Of a DNA stretch of 64,000 nucleotides, positions 12,811 to 25,853 are shown piece after piece. How positions within the stretch are numbered: the stretch's first letter is position 1; the number at the start of each line of letters is the position of its first letter. The notes below the pieces were generated by a model, which saw only the letters and a list, made by a program, of their open reading frames with translations, did not search any database and had not been told where the DNA came from. Made by a program: the position numbers and the translations under genes. This DNA comes from Octopus sinensis (Eukaryota), in NCBI RefSeq assembly GCF_006345805.1, contig NC_043009.1, positions 46,066,001 to 46,130,000 of the forward strand, written 5' to 3'.

Positions 12811-13658
12811 ACAATAGCAATTTAAAAGATTTTTCAATGAGGTTGTAGGGATGTTGTTGAGTGAGAGTGAATAGGCCTGAAGGTATTGTATTAGTAGTTA
12901 ATATACTCAGTGCACATTATTATATCAGAACTTATTAGTTCTCAGCTGGTAAAATGGAGTTTTTTTATTGGCTTCAAACGATTAAAGTGCCAAGTTCAGT
13001 TCTGCAGAATTTAACCTTAAAAATGTATAGAATTAAGAGTAGACATTTTTCACTGTCTAGCAATTTAATCAGTAAATATTAAAAGCAGTAAATATTAAAT
13101 AATACTAGCAGAATACACGCATACATTCACACAGATCCTCTGAAGCTTGAGGCAAAACACATAATCAAAGATAATAAACTCAAAATAATGTTTCTCTGTG
13201 ATTGGCCTTTGAGAAACATGTGAAAAACCATTTCAAAGCAAACACCACAGACACCAATATTGTGATAGAAAATATCAAATACCATGCTTCAAAATATGAA
13301 AAGCTACACACACAGAAAATCAATAAAATAACTACTCTACATTTCCTATTAATAGTGGTCATTACATCATTCCTGATTTTTAAAAGGAGTTTGGTTTAGT
13401 ACTATAATGCTTTTTTCTATATTTTTTTTTTGTTTTAGAGTTAGTGCCCCATTTATTAAATACCATTCCCCCACCACAGTACCTGGCAGCTGATTTAGTA
13501 TTATTCTTTAACCCTAACACACCAGGAAAATTGGGCCTATGATCAAAATCTTTCTAGCTACGATCTTACTGGATAGCTAAAACTTCATTACTTATATCCT
13601 TCCTCTTATATAAAATGAAAGACTATAATTTGATTGCTGTTTGAAGCAAGTTGAATGA

Positions 13659-13721
<63 letters not shown>

Positions 13722-13832
13722 AGTCCCACCCATTCAAGCATGAAAGGCGAATGTTAAAAGATGATGGTGATGATGATGGCATATACATTCATACATACAT
13801 ACATACATATACACATACATACATACATACAT

Positions 13833-13888
<56 letters not shown>

Positions 13889-13914
13889 TTACATATATAC
13901 ATGCATACATACAC

Positions 13915-14077
13915 AGAAGAAGAAAGGAGCATCTTCAACATTATATGCAATTTCTGTCCACGACTCTTTCACCACTGACTTGGACTCCAATGTCACATTT
14001 GGTACAAACATCTGCCGAGGAGACTGAATGGAGACTGATGAATCCAATGCTTGGATATGAGCTGGAGCTGACGACGA
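13915..14077 (+). mobile_element. Possible RTE-like LINE extreme 3' end (C2H2-like remnant)
   Basis: Degenerate ICNFCPRLF..LGLQCH, ending in GACGACGAT. Confidence 0.35.
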
Positions 14078-14224
14078 TATATATCTATATATACATACAT
14101 ACATATATGTATATATATATATACACACACACACATGCATTTATATATAGATATATATACATATGCCCCAGCATAGCCACAGCCTTCAGACTGAAACATA
14201 AAAGAATAAACATACACATCACAT

Positions 14225-14283
<59 letters not shown>

Positions 14284-14835
14284 TTATACTTGTTTCAGTC
14301 ATTTGACTGTGGCCATGCTGGAGCACTGCCTTTTGTCAAACAAATAGACCCCATGACTTATTCTTTGGTAGCCTTGTACTTATTCTACCAATCACTTTTG
14401 CTGAACTGCTAAGTTACGGATACGTAAACACTCTAAATTTACAGTGCTTACACTTATCAAGTATTCACTCTAAATTTACAGTACCTACATATATATATAT
14501 ACATATTTATAGTTATGTTGGTGTAAACAGGACAAATAGAACTCAAAATATGAGTATATGTAAATTTTTATTGATATTTAGCAGAAGCAACAGGGTGTCA
14601 AAAGAGATGAGAGTTTTGTGTATTGGCATATATGCCAACATACGAAACTCTGCTAAATAACAATAGATATATATATATGTCATCATCACCATCATCAACA
14701 GCATCATCATCATCATTGTTTAAAGTCCACTTTCCATGCTAACATGTGTTAGGTAGTTTCACTGGAACTGGTAAGCTGGAGGGCTCAATCTGATTTGGCA
14801 TGGTTTCTATGAATGGATGCTCTTTCTAACACCTA

Positions 14836-14886
<51 letters not shown>

Positions 14887-14950
14887 TTCGAGACGAACAA
14901 GGAAAGACTTAATCAATACATAAAAATTTTTAATATAAAGAAATAAACCG

Positions 14951-14993
14951 CCACTACAATCGTTTCATGTCTTCAATGACATTCGTCAGATGG
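14951..14993 (-). ncRNA. Second minimal hammerhead ribozyme, mirror copy on the minus strand
   Basis: Reverse complement of the 15056-15098 motif. The only change is CCAU for CCAC in stem I (U.G wobble); the core is intact. Confidence 0.75.
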
Positions 14994-15055
14994 ATTTTCG
15001 ATCTCCTAATCTGTTTTAATTTAATTTAATTAAAACAGATTAGGAGATCGAAAAT

Positions 15056-15098
15056 CCACCTGACGAATGTCATTGAAGACATGAAACGATTGTAGTGG
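15056..15098 (+). ncRNA. Minimal type I hammerhead ribozyme (Penelope pLTR type), intact core
   Basis: Stem I CCAC/GUGG, CUGACGA, stem II AUGUC-AUUGAA-GACAU, GAAAC, GAUU loop, GUA cleavage triplet (cut after 15094). Confidence 0.8.
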
Positions 15099-15271
15099 CG
15101 GTTTATTTCTTTATATTAAAAATTTTTATGTATTGATTAAGTCTTTCCTTGTTTGTTTTGCAAAATAGTGGTTTTGTCTCGAATTAATATTATATAATAT
15201 TTTACTATAAAATTGGATTTAATCCTAAATCTGATTTTTTCCCTGTAAATTTGGATTTATTCCCTAATATT

Positions 15272-15326
<55 letters not shown>

Positions 15327-16056
15327 TATATACATATATATACATATATATACATATATATATACTATATATAATACAAAGAATATGGAAAATGCATACA
15401 CTGACTAATCAATATATTTATTATAATACTCAATTCATGTTGCTTATGCACATTTTGGTTATTACTTAAATCCATATTTATGCAATTAATTTGTATTATA
15501 AATTCTGAAATTCATAATACAAATTAGTAACATGACCTAGTTCTTCTGAACTATGCCTATCATTTGTCCAGTGCGATCAAAATCAGCCCCTAGCTATTTT
15601 TAGAACAGAATCCAAGATGGACATGCTACATCTCAATTGGAATGAACTCTCCAACTATTAAGATGTAGGGAAAAATAACAGTCAATTTTACATTGATAAC
15701 AGTCACTTTTTGCCCTGATGAAGGATTCTTGCATTTTCAAATTTAAGTAATAGACCGTAATGTGTGTAGGCAACATGAATTGTGTATTCTAATAAAGATA
15801 TTGATCAGTCAGTGCATGCATTTTCCATTTTGTTTTTGTATTGTTAAAATTTTTCTCCTATATTGAAAAGATGGAAAGACCTATAGTGACAACTGGAATT
15901 TCAAAAGTATAAGGTACTACTATAGAAAAAGAGCCAATGATAAATAGTAGTACATATGTACATGTGGGATTTCTGGTTTTATTAATTGATATAGAGCTAA
16001 ACCAGTGTGGGCTTGGATAAATATACCTAGGAAAAAATAACCTCTTTCCACACAGA

Positions 16057-16092
<36 letters not shown>

Positions 16093-17295
16093 CTCCTTCA
16101 TTGGCTTGTGTAACAGCTGATTATTTGATGTGTTATAACATCACTTCATCCCTTCATCATCACCACCATCACCACTTTCTCATTATCATTATCAATTCTC
16201 ATCTTCCTAATCATCATTATTGTTGTTGTCATCATCACCATCATCATCACCTTCATTATCATCATCATTCTTTTTTTTTCTTTTCTTGTCTAACATAAAG
16301 TTTTACTGCATGAATACAAAAGAAACTTTTGCTTCTTTAGAAACAGAAAATTTTTATTTAAAGAAACATTTAAATTTATAATAAGTTTCATTATTGATTT
16401 AGAATAACAAATATATTATCATTGGGGTTATCAACTTAACTCCAGTACTGAGGAAATAATTGATGACCTCTCATATTCTTTGTCATTTTAATTGTAATGC
16501 TTCAGTTTGAGATTATTTCATTTTGTCGGTTTGAGAAAGAAACCTGCACTGAAGTTGCACCACTTCAACTTAAATTTTGCTTTTCACATATAATTATTTA
16601 GTAGTTACATCACTTTAAACCAGCACTTTGGATTAAATTTCGTTACATAAAAGGCAATAAATTTGATTATTTCTCTCCTGTCTCTGCAACTAAGAATCAT
16701 AAAATTAGAAAAAATTATATTATTTTGTTATTGTGGTAGAATATGTGGAATAATCTGCAAGTGATAGGTCTCGTTTCCAAAGAAATCATTGAAGCTTATA
16801 ATCATGCATTAAAATTTCAAATAATTTTTAAGGAAAATTGGTTCCACCCATGAATTGCATGGATCAAATAGACAAAACTGTGTGTTTCTGAACACCTGTC
16901 TTTGAAATATGCTGTGGTTGAGCCAATAAAGGAAACTGTTTCTGCTACTCAACTTGTCTAAGATAGTACTCAAATTACCCTCAAATCATACTCCCTCATC
17001 TTCAATGTAGAAATGACACATAGATAATGATGTTCTACATACATCTAAAAATAGATATATCCCAGTTGACCCAAAACTAAATAACAACAGCATTACCTGA
17101 CTGAGAGAGAAAATATGCAAACCAATGGCCTGCTAAAGAAAGATTGTCATTATCATCAAATGGAGCATTAAATGCCTACTTTCTCAGCAACACAATGAAA
17201 CAAGTATTGTGGGAATTGAACTTCCAGTCATTAGCTGTCTGGTTACACAGCTTATCCATTTGGCCAGTGATATACATAAATTAATAATTTAACAG

Positions 17296-19435
17296 AAGAC
17301 AGTGAGCTGGCAGAATCGCTAGCAAACTGGGTAAAGTGTGTAGTGGTGTGTTCTCTGGCTTTATGTTGAATTCAAATTCCCTTGAGGTTGACTTTGCCTT
17401 TCATTTCAGGGTTGATGTAATTGACTTATCCCTCACCTGGAGTTGCTGACCTCCTGCTAAAATTTGAAATCAATAATCTAACAGAATAACTTAGATATAT
17501 AATTTTATGGGGGATAATTTCATCAGAGAGAACATGCTTTCCTTTCAATTAGCAATGATGACTGCAAACCTATCAGAAGGAGTTGATGTTGGTGGATGCT
17601 GTTTAATGATTACTGGGTATTTCAGCACAGAAGGGTAAAACCCTTTCTTTGTTGGTAGGTCAGCAGTGGTGATCAATCCACTGTCCATATTCTCCTGCTT
17701 TCTAGTTTAGCTCCACTCCACCGGCTCCTTAATTAAAAGGCTTTTCTGCTGCTTCTCTTATCCAGCAAGCAGCTAGTCTTTTTCTTTTTTTCTTGTCATT
17801 TCAATAGTTGTGAACATTGCCTATATTCATTAAGCAAGGAGTCATCTACAGCTGACATTGACCAACAATAGCTATGCTCCTGCATTTTTGTTGAAATGCA
17901 TTTATAAAGACTAATAATTATACTTATTTACCTAGATTAACAAACAGGATTTAATGTTAATATATTAATAAGGCAGCAACCTGAGGAATTATTACCATGC
18001 TGGACAAAATGCTTATCAGCATTTCTTCTGATTTTACATTCTGAATTCAAATGTAGCCATGGTTGACTTTGCCCTTCATCCCTCCAGGATACAGCTGAGC
18101 ACTGGAGCTGATGTAATCAACTTAGCCCCGCCGCCTGAAAAATTGGTGGCTTTGTTTCAAAACATGAAACCGACAGCAATATATTAATAGTAATATTACT
18201 GATTTTTACCATAGGTAAAATGCAATGAATTGTGAGAGGGTATTGTTGATTAAATAAACTCTGTACTTCAGTGGTACATTATAGTATCAGCACTACACTG
18301 ATGAAAATCAAAGTCAGACTTGGTGAGATTTGAACTTAGAATGTAAAGGCCTATAATTAATACCACTAAGCATTTTCTCAGCATTCTAATAATTCTACTT
18401 GTCAATAGCTCTTATAGTAATGGTGATCATATAAATGATAATAATAATTCTAATTTCTAACATAGACACAATTCACATATTGTTTAGTTAAGAGCATTGT
18501 CTATTATTTCAACTTTACTACTTGGCACTGGTAATATATCAATCCAAGCAGGATTTGAATTCAGAATATAAATGTATATAAAGAAATACTACCATGCAGT
18601 TTCTCTGCTTGTCTATTGGTTCTATTATTTATTACTCTTATTCTTTTTTACTTGTTTCAGTCATTGATCTGGAGCACCACTTTGAAAATATACTGCAAAT
18701 CCTCACATTTTGTGGGAGAGTTACAATTATTTAATTTTCCCCTTCGGTACTTCCTTGACTGGTTCATATTTTATTGACCAGGAAAGGATAGAGGCTATGT
18801 TGTGTCCAGCAGGACTTGAACTTAGAGCATAAAAAGCTGCAACTAAATACTGCAAAAAGGCATTGTATCTGGCACACTACAGATTTTTCTAGCTACAGTT
18901 TAAATAATAAAAAAGATGAAATTAGTAATGATTTTTCCCATTGGCTCATAATCAAACATTTGTAGGGGAAATTGTTGAGCTGCTTGTGTGCCCTTGTACA
19001 TATTTTAATGACCCTAGAGAAACTCAAGGCAAAATTAACTCAGGTGATGTCTGAACACCTATACTATTACAAACACTCTGCATAGCAATGATTTTTTACA
19101 TATGAAATAGATAAAAATTTTTAGAAAACAGGAAATTGAGAGGTTGCAACAATTATGTCTTTCCTAAAATGAATCAAATCTAATTGGCTATTGAAACCCT
19201 TAAACAGTCATGTTTCTTAGAATATATTGTTGCACCGTAACTCATAATGAAATCTGTAATAAATAAATGCTGTTGATGTTGATAATATAAATGCTAATAG
19301 TGCTGATTATGATTATATACAAATGTATATATATATATATATATATGCACACATATTTATCAAAATTATTTTAAGATATGCGCAGTTAATATCAACAAGA
19401 TATTTACTCTTGGTGTTTGTAATGATATATATGTA

Positions 19436-19476
<41 letters not shown>

Positions 19477-19740
19477 TATATATATCATCATCATCATCAT
19501 TGTGTAATGTCTGTCTTCATGGGATGCATATTTATAGATGAGAATAAGGTAAAAAATTTTTTGTGGGAGTCATAGGGAATTAATTTAATTAAACTATTAC
19601 TTTGCTCATAATTATTAAATGATCCTTGAAGGAATGAAAGGAAAAGTTAAATCTAAGCCAGATTTGAACTTAAAACCAATAGGGACATAACTAAATATTT
19701 TAATGCTTTTTTTGTCTGACTTTCCTATTGATTCGATTTT
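17296..19740. mobile_element. Cluster of old SINE-A copies (+ ~17296-17477, ~17968-18180; - ~18200-18400, 18440-18620, 18690-18900, 18930-19060, 19550-19740)
   Basis: Degenerate head, B-box and body motifs; heavy CpG decay. Confidence 0.7.
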
Positions 19741-20707
19741 TTTTCATTCTGCTTTGTGAGATTGTAATAATTCCTGCATAAACATATTTTCCAGTAATCA
19801 TATGTAAATAGGTGTTAAATGTCTGAAAAATATGACACCCTTGGGTTATTAGTATTCAGTTTATTGCTGGAGTTTTCTTTTATCTTTGAATAAAGCATTT
19901 AAAATTCTGGAAAAAAATAACAGACAAGCATTAAAAATTTATGTGAGTGTTTTGCAGAAATTATAAATTGCTATATTATTGAAATAATTACTTATGCAGC
20001 TGGATCATTTTGCTAACATTGGCCATTGCATCCTGTAGCTAGAGCAGAAACCTGTTAAGCAGAGTTATTCGTTTTGTCAAAAGTCAAAGATGTCTGTTGG
20101 GCTAAGAAATCTGCTTTACCAAACGAAATCCTGACAATCTTTTAAATAATCATTACAAGATTATATCCATAAATCTGGGCCTGTTCTGACCATCAGTACA
20201 TGTAGAATAGACAAATCTATATTGACTATGATTAGTGAGACTCATACCATATTTGTTTAGTTCTCAGGTTTATTTTTAACATTTATAGCTAAGGTCATAC
20301 TGGAGCATCCCCTTAAATGTATTCACTGAAATGTGTAAATATGGACTAGTCTACTTAAGAACAACATCAACACCACTAGATGAAGGTATAAACTACATGA
20401 ACGATCATGCTGTTGTTGTTTAGCCTCTTGTTAGGTCTGATCTAAATGGTTTACGATTAAAGGCATTCTAGCCATGATCATCCCATCCTTTTTATCAGGC
20501 ATAGCCTACTTGAAAACAAATTATCCAATGTGTCATCCTTCATATTAAGATACTATAATGTGATATAATATATATTTGGCTACAATTCTAACCTTGTAGG
20601 TGTTTGCATGTTGACTGACAGTGCAATACATCAATTAGCCTCAGAGTTATTTATCATGAATCCATGTGATAACATCATCATCACTTTGAAAGCGGCTTGA
20701 TACTTAC

Positions 20708-20843
20708 CGGATACATATAGTGTGAACACCTCATGATGGTGAACCAAAGGATGATTAATGAAAAAGGAAAGGAAAATAATTAACATCGCTCTGAGAAAAA
20801 ATCCAATCCAATATTTTGGCAGTTTCATAAAGGAGCCAAACTT
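20708..20843 (-). CDS. Candidate exon with a hydrophobic stretch (MKLPKYWIGFFLRAMLIIFLSFF..TLYVS); either a first coding exon or an internal exon
   Basis: Consensus donor CCG|GTAAGT at 20708/20707, a long pyrimidine tract upstream, a NAGNAG acceptor at 20843/20840, and one frame open to the donor. Confidence 0.35.
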
Positions 20844-21159
20844 CTTTTATCTTATATATTTTACAAAGACAGTGAAAGAGAAAAAAGATAAATAGATGGT
20901 TGAGAAAAAAAAGATAAATAGATGGATAGAGACAAACAGGCAGATAGATAAATGGAAAGAACGAAAGATGGTAAAGAGAGACAGAGAAAGTGAGTGAGTG
21001 AGAGAATGAGTGAGAGAGAGAGGAAAGTACTGCAAGTTGAAATATTTTCCTACATTCATAACCAATTCATGGTCAATTGAAGAAACAATAGTTATCTGAA
21101 AGATGTCTTAGACGTACTTTGTTGGCTTAAATACTTACATTTTAAGTGTTGGTGTAGAA

Positions 21160-21378
21160 CAGTGCTTTTCAAACTTTTTGCTGGAGCGGAACCCCAAGGA
21201 AACATTCCACTGGCACGAGGAACCCCTGTGCAATAATTTAATTGTCTTATGCACACATATCTGCACAGGAGAATTAAAAATTACTGCCGATTTTAGCAGT
21301 TTTGTAACTTCTTGCGGAACCCCTGGACTGTACTGGCGGAACCCTAAGGTTCCACGGAACCCTGGTTGAAAACCACTG
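21160..21378. mobile_element. hAT (Charlie-like) MITE, 219 bp
   Basis: TIRs CAGTGCTTTTCAAAC / GTTGAAAACCACTG. Perfect 8-bp TSD GTGTAGAA (21152-21159, 21379-21386). Confidence 0.9.
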
Positions 21379-21496
21379 GTGTAGAATAATGGCTACAAGT
21401 CCAACTAATAGAAATATAACTTAAAGTGAAGGAGAGAAATAGAAATAAAAACTGAAAATATTTCTTCAAATAAGATTTGACTGAGTCTTTCCTTGA

Positions 21497-21682
21497 TAAA
21501 ATGCTTAGCGGTATTTTGTCTGTCTTTATGTTCTGAGTTCAAATTCCGCTGAGGTCGACTTTGCCTTTCATCCTTCCGGGGTCGATAAATTAAGTACCAG
21601 TTGCGTACTAGGATCGATCCAATCGAGTGGCCCCCTAATCCCAAAATTTCGGTCCTTCTGCCTAGAGTAGAAAAGATTATTA
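21497..21682 (+). mobile_element. Young SINE-A, tail variant B (..AGTAGAAAAGATTATT)
   Basis: Head 5'-truncated; intact B box and CpGs. Confidence 0.9.
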
Positions 21683-22002
21683 ACACATACACTGGTTCAA
21701 TTGCACTCCTTTATTATTGGTCAATTGGTTAGGTATCCAATTAACTAGTCGATTTGATTAAACAGTCAGTCGTTTTTTTTTGTTTGTGTTTTGTTTTTTT
21801 TTTGTCAGAGTTCTTTCGCTGCTATTTGCAATCTTTTCAATGAATTTTGAAGAGAAAAGTCATTGAAAAAGTTGCAAATAGCAAAGAAAGAGCTTTGACA
21901 AACAAAAACAAAACAAACAACTTACTGTATAACCAAGTTGAACAAACAGTGGTTCATTTGGATATTTAACCAATTGACTAATAAAGGAGTGGAACAGTCA
22001 AA

Positions 22003-22178
22003 GGGATTAAAGCGTTTACATCAACCCCAGTGCGCAACTAGTACTTATTTAATCGACCCCGAAAGAATGAAAGGCTAAGTAGACCTCCGCGGAATTTGAA
22101 CTCAGAACGTAACGGCAGACGAAATACTGCTAAGAAGTTCGCTCGGCGTGCTAACGATTCTACAAGCTTGCTGCCCTC
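22003..22178 (-). mobile_element. Young SINE-A
   Basis: Reverse complement of head and body with intact CpGs. Confidence 0.9.
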
Positions 22179-22324
22179 AGCGTGTGTCAATAATACTTGC
22201 ATAATACTCACTCTAGACATGACAAAATTTGTTTCAATCCGCAAATTAACATCAAGAATCTTGCAAACCAGATACAAAAACGAAGTACATATACATACAT
22301 ATGTATATATATATATATTATATT

Positions 22325-22500
22325 AAATTAGAGACAAAACCACTATTAGGCAAATCATACAATCAAAAACTTAAGCCAATACATAAGATTAATTAATTTA
22401 TATTATATTATTTTAAATATATATCAAAATTATTAAAAAAAGATAATTAGTATAACATTAGTATAACAAAAAGATCGAACTCGGCAGCCTATAAAGCCCA
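22325..22500 (-). mobile_element. Penelope-like pLTR fragment related to the 14.9-15.2 kb element, without a recognisable ribozyme
   Basis: GAGACAAAACCACTATT..CTTAA..AATACATAA matches the reverse complement of 15125-15185. Confidence 0.45.
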
Positions 22501-22552
22501 GCGAATGATCTTTTCCTTTCACCAATGATTAAGCTGGGTTACTAACACCCAC

Positions 22553-22738
22553 CTTTCTCATCACATCTTTCCATCGTTTCTCGTATTTTCTCGGTGGCAG
22601 GGTCTCCAACCCCATCTTGCTCTTCAGGTGGTATCTGAAGTAAGACAGCAAACCGGGGCCAGAGATGAAGGACCCTTTCACCGAACCTTCCATTCCCGTT
22701 CTCCAAATGCACACTTTCAGTACTGCAACCGTAAAACA
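22553..22738 (-). CDS. Candidate symmetric exon (186 nt); reading frame unresolved
   Basis: GC-elevated unique island, TTTTGTCTAG| acceptor, AAG|GTGGGT donor, two minus frames open across it. Confidence 0.45.
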
Positions 22739-23907
22739 CTAGACAAAATGCCTTGAATTATTTGGGTTACATCCTTATAAATTAGACTTCAAATTATACT
22801 GGAGGTTGATAAAATAAATACTAGTTATATACTGGTAGCGACATAATTAATTATAACCTTCCTTCAGAGATGTTATAAATTTGAGTTTGTTAGAAAGTTA
22901 CGTATCAATTAGTTCACTTTAGAATTTTGTTTTTTAATCGATGATGCAAGGCTGAACTTATCCTTTTATCTTCTAAAGATAATACATACAATGTGTACAC
23001 CTTAACTATCTGATTTAATGAACTCTACACTCATCTAAAATTTTGTCACTTTGTTCCGCTGCGAAATATCAGAATTTATAAATATATTCTTTGAAAAATT
23101 ATAACTCATTAACCTAGTTAATAAGAAATTAATTTGATATATTTATTTTGATTTGTCTTTTTAAAAACAAATTTTAACCTTCTTTGTTCTTGAGTATATT
23201 TCTAACATCATTTAGCTACTTAACAAAGTCAAACACATACTCAAAAATAATCACGAAGTTGTTCATGTTGTTGTTGTGATTGTGTCTTAAATCATCCCTA
23301 GTCAAGCAGACCGTGGCCGGTAGTTTTCTTGTGATTATTCCGTCTCTTGAACCGGAAATTAAACAATATAATCTCCCATCTTCTTTAAAAAAGAAGGAAG
23401 TAAATTCTGAGTTGGGAGAGATTTGGCTGCTGTTTCTTGCAAATTGAGAAACCAAGAAGAAGTTCTCTTGAATTCAATGGTGGTCTATATTGGTAGTAAA
23501 AAGCATCAAAATAAGGAAATACGCAGGTTACTATGTAGAAAGGAAATATCTTAATGTTTGACTAATAAAAGATTCTGTCTAAAATATCAGTTCTCCCCAT
23601 TCCCACCATGGCAACGTAACATTTTTTCTATTCTTGTCCAAGAGTCAATCTTTGTAGGACCATTCAACTTGCAAAAAACAGACATCAATTATTCGGTAAA
23701 GTAGACATATCGGGCACCATAGTTCTAGGATACACTATGTCTAGGGAAAAAAAGCCTCAAACGACTGTATGGTCACGGTTAAAACACTTTTGATTGCGGC
23801 TCTATTCAATCATACAGCTAATGATCATCATCAACAGCCAAATTCATCTTGTTATGGTAAACTAATCCAGTTCTAAAGTACAATGTGTTTGGCAGATGAG
23901 TGTCAAG

Positions 23908-24321
23908 GCAGCTAGCTGGCAGAAACGTTAGTATGCCGGCCGAAATGCTTAGCAGTATTTCGTCTGTCGTTACGTTCTGAGTTCAAATTCAGCCGAGGTC
24001 GACTTTGCCTTTCATACTTTCGGGGTCGATAAATTAAGTACCAGTTACACACTGGGGTCAATATAATCGACTTAATACCTATGTCTGTCCTTGTTTGTCC
24101 CTTCTATGTTTAGCTCCTTGTGGGTAATAAAGAAATAGGTATTTCGTCTGTCTTTATGTTCTGAGTTCAAATTTCGCCGAGGTCGACCTTGCCTTTCATC
24201 CTTTCGGGGTCGATTAAATAAGTACCAGTTACGCACTGGGGTCGATATAATCGATTTTGTCCCTTTGTCTGTCCTTGTTTGTCCCCTCTATGTTTAGCCC
24301 CTTGTGGGTAATAAAGAAATA
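23908..24321 (+). mobile_element. Head-to-tail SINE-A dimer (tail variant A) inside one 14-bp TSD
   Basis: Full unit plus a 5'-truncated unit joined at ~24138. AGATGAGTGTCAAG at 23894-23907 and 24322-24335. Confidence 0.9.
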
Positions 24322-24589
24322 AGATGAGTGTCAAGCGGATAAGAGATAAGTCTTCCCTTGAATATAAAGCTAGTTAATCAGAGATAGGAATCCTGCGCAA
24401 TAGGGTCAAGGAACATTGGTTTAACCAACGTGCTATTCTTGTCTTGCAGTAACTGTTTGATAGTAGATTGTTTGAACCATCTCAGGGTCAAGAATTCGGC
24501 TAAGCTACTGCTTTCATCGCTCTTTTGATATAAATATCATTAATAATCGTTTCGAACATTGGTCCAATGATAATAATGATAATAATCCG

Positions 24590-25238
24590 TTCTATTTTAG
24601 GCGCCATTATAAAATTTTGGTGGAGTGGGAAAGTCGATTACATTGACTCCAGTACTTGATTGGTACTTATTTTATCGACCCCAAGAAAATTGATGGAATT
24701 TGAATACAGAATGTAAAGCCAGAAGTGCCGCTAAGAGTTTTATCTGGCGTGCTAGCGATTCTGCCAATTCGACGCTTTAACAATAATAATAATAATAATC
24801 TTTTCTACTAAAGGCACAAGGCTTGAAATTTTGCGGGAGGGGACTAGTCGACTACATGAATCCCAGTGTTTCACTGGTGTTTATTTTTTCGCCGCCGAAA
24901 GGATGAAAGGCAAAGTCGACCTTGACAGAATTTAAACTGAGAACGTAAAGATGGACGAAATACCGCTAAGCATTTTGTCCCGCGTGCTAACGATTCTACC
25001 CTTTCTAATAATAATAATAATAATCCTTTCTGCTATAAGCACAAGACCTGAAATTTTGGGGACGGGGCCAGTCGATTATGTCGACTCCAGTACGCAACTG
25101 GTACTTAATTTATCGAGTCCGAAAAGATGGAAGGCAAAGTCGATCACGGCAGTATTTGAACTCAGAACGTAAGGACGGACGAAATGCTGCAAAGCATTTC
25201 GCCCGACGTCCTAACGATTCTGCCAGCTCGCCGCCTTC
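24590..25238 (-). mobile_element. Three tandem SINE-A copies (variant B) separated by (AAT)n
   Basis: ~24590-24778, 24797-25003, 25022-25238. Confidence 0.9.
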
Positions 25239-25822
25239 TAACAGCAACAACAACAACAACAACAATAGGATGTGAAATAGAGAAACTGGGTCATTGTTTT
25301 TCCCTCCTAAATAGTACATGAAAGGACAGAAAGTGGGTTTGTGAAATAGGGTTAAGACAAAGGCCCTACTAGTGGATTTAGGACGAACATAAACTGTTGC
25401 GATAGGGATTAGAAGAAAGAGAAAGAGATGGAGGGAGAGACAAAGGGGGAAAAAACATTTTGAAGTTGTGCAGTTATAGAATATTATTGAATAAATTGGT
25501 ATATTTTAAGTAATTTCATATATATCAGCTTATAGATTTTTTTAGATCTTTACATTACTTTTTAAACCTATCAATTATTGGATATTGTATTTTGTCAGAG
25601 ATACTTTACTTCAATGAAATGACTAAAGCATCGGGTTCCGAATTTCAATCACAAATCTAAAATCTGCAGGACATTTCCCATGCAAGATTAATTTTTGTTT
25701 TTCAGATTTGTCTCCATTTTCTTTTTTTAGATTTTTTTTACAAATTGTTATTAGAACTCGCCAATACGCCCACACACACACTCACAGACAGACACACACA
25801 CTCACATACACACACACACACA

Positions 25823-25853
<31 letters not shown>

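Larger units (their letters stand above)
14874..15260. mobile_element. Inverted (head-to-head) Penelope-like pseudo-LTR pair forming a palindrome
   Basis: 126-bp arms 14896-15021 / 15028-15153 with 1 mismatch, plus 21-bp outer arms 14874-14894 / 15176-15196. Contains the hammerheads. A related fragment lies at 22325-22400. Confidence 0.7.

Noticed and set aside
15705-15750. CTGATGAAGGA.. possible further hammerhead
   Set aside because: No GAAA box and no convincing stem II or stem I; at best a very old relic.
16613-20035. Small minus-strand exon candidates (~16613-16685, ~19190-19245, ~19845-19911, ~19992-20030)
   Set aside because: Each has one good splice site and a short open frame, but the phases do not chain consistently; expected by chance in AT-rich introns.
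22553-22722. Resemblance of GLLSYFRYHLKSKMGL to GT61 glycosyltransferases, and of the 26.3-kb frame to RCC1 repeats
   Set aside because: Only a few residues match from memory, the spacing is wrong and the frame is unresolved; no gene name assigned.
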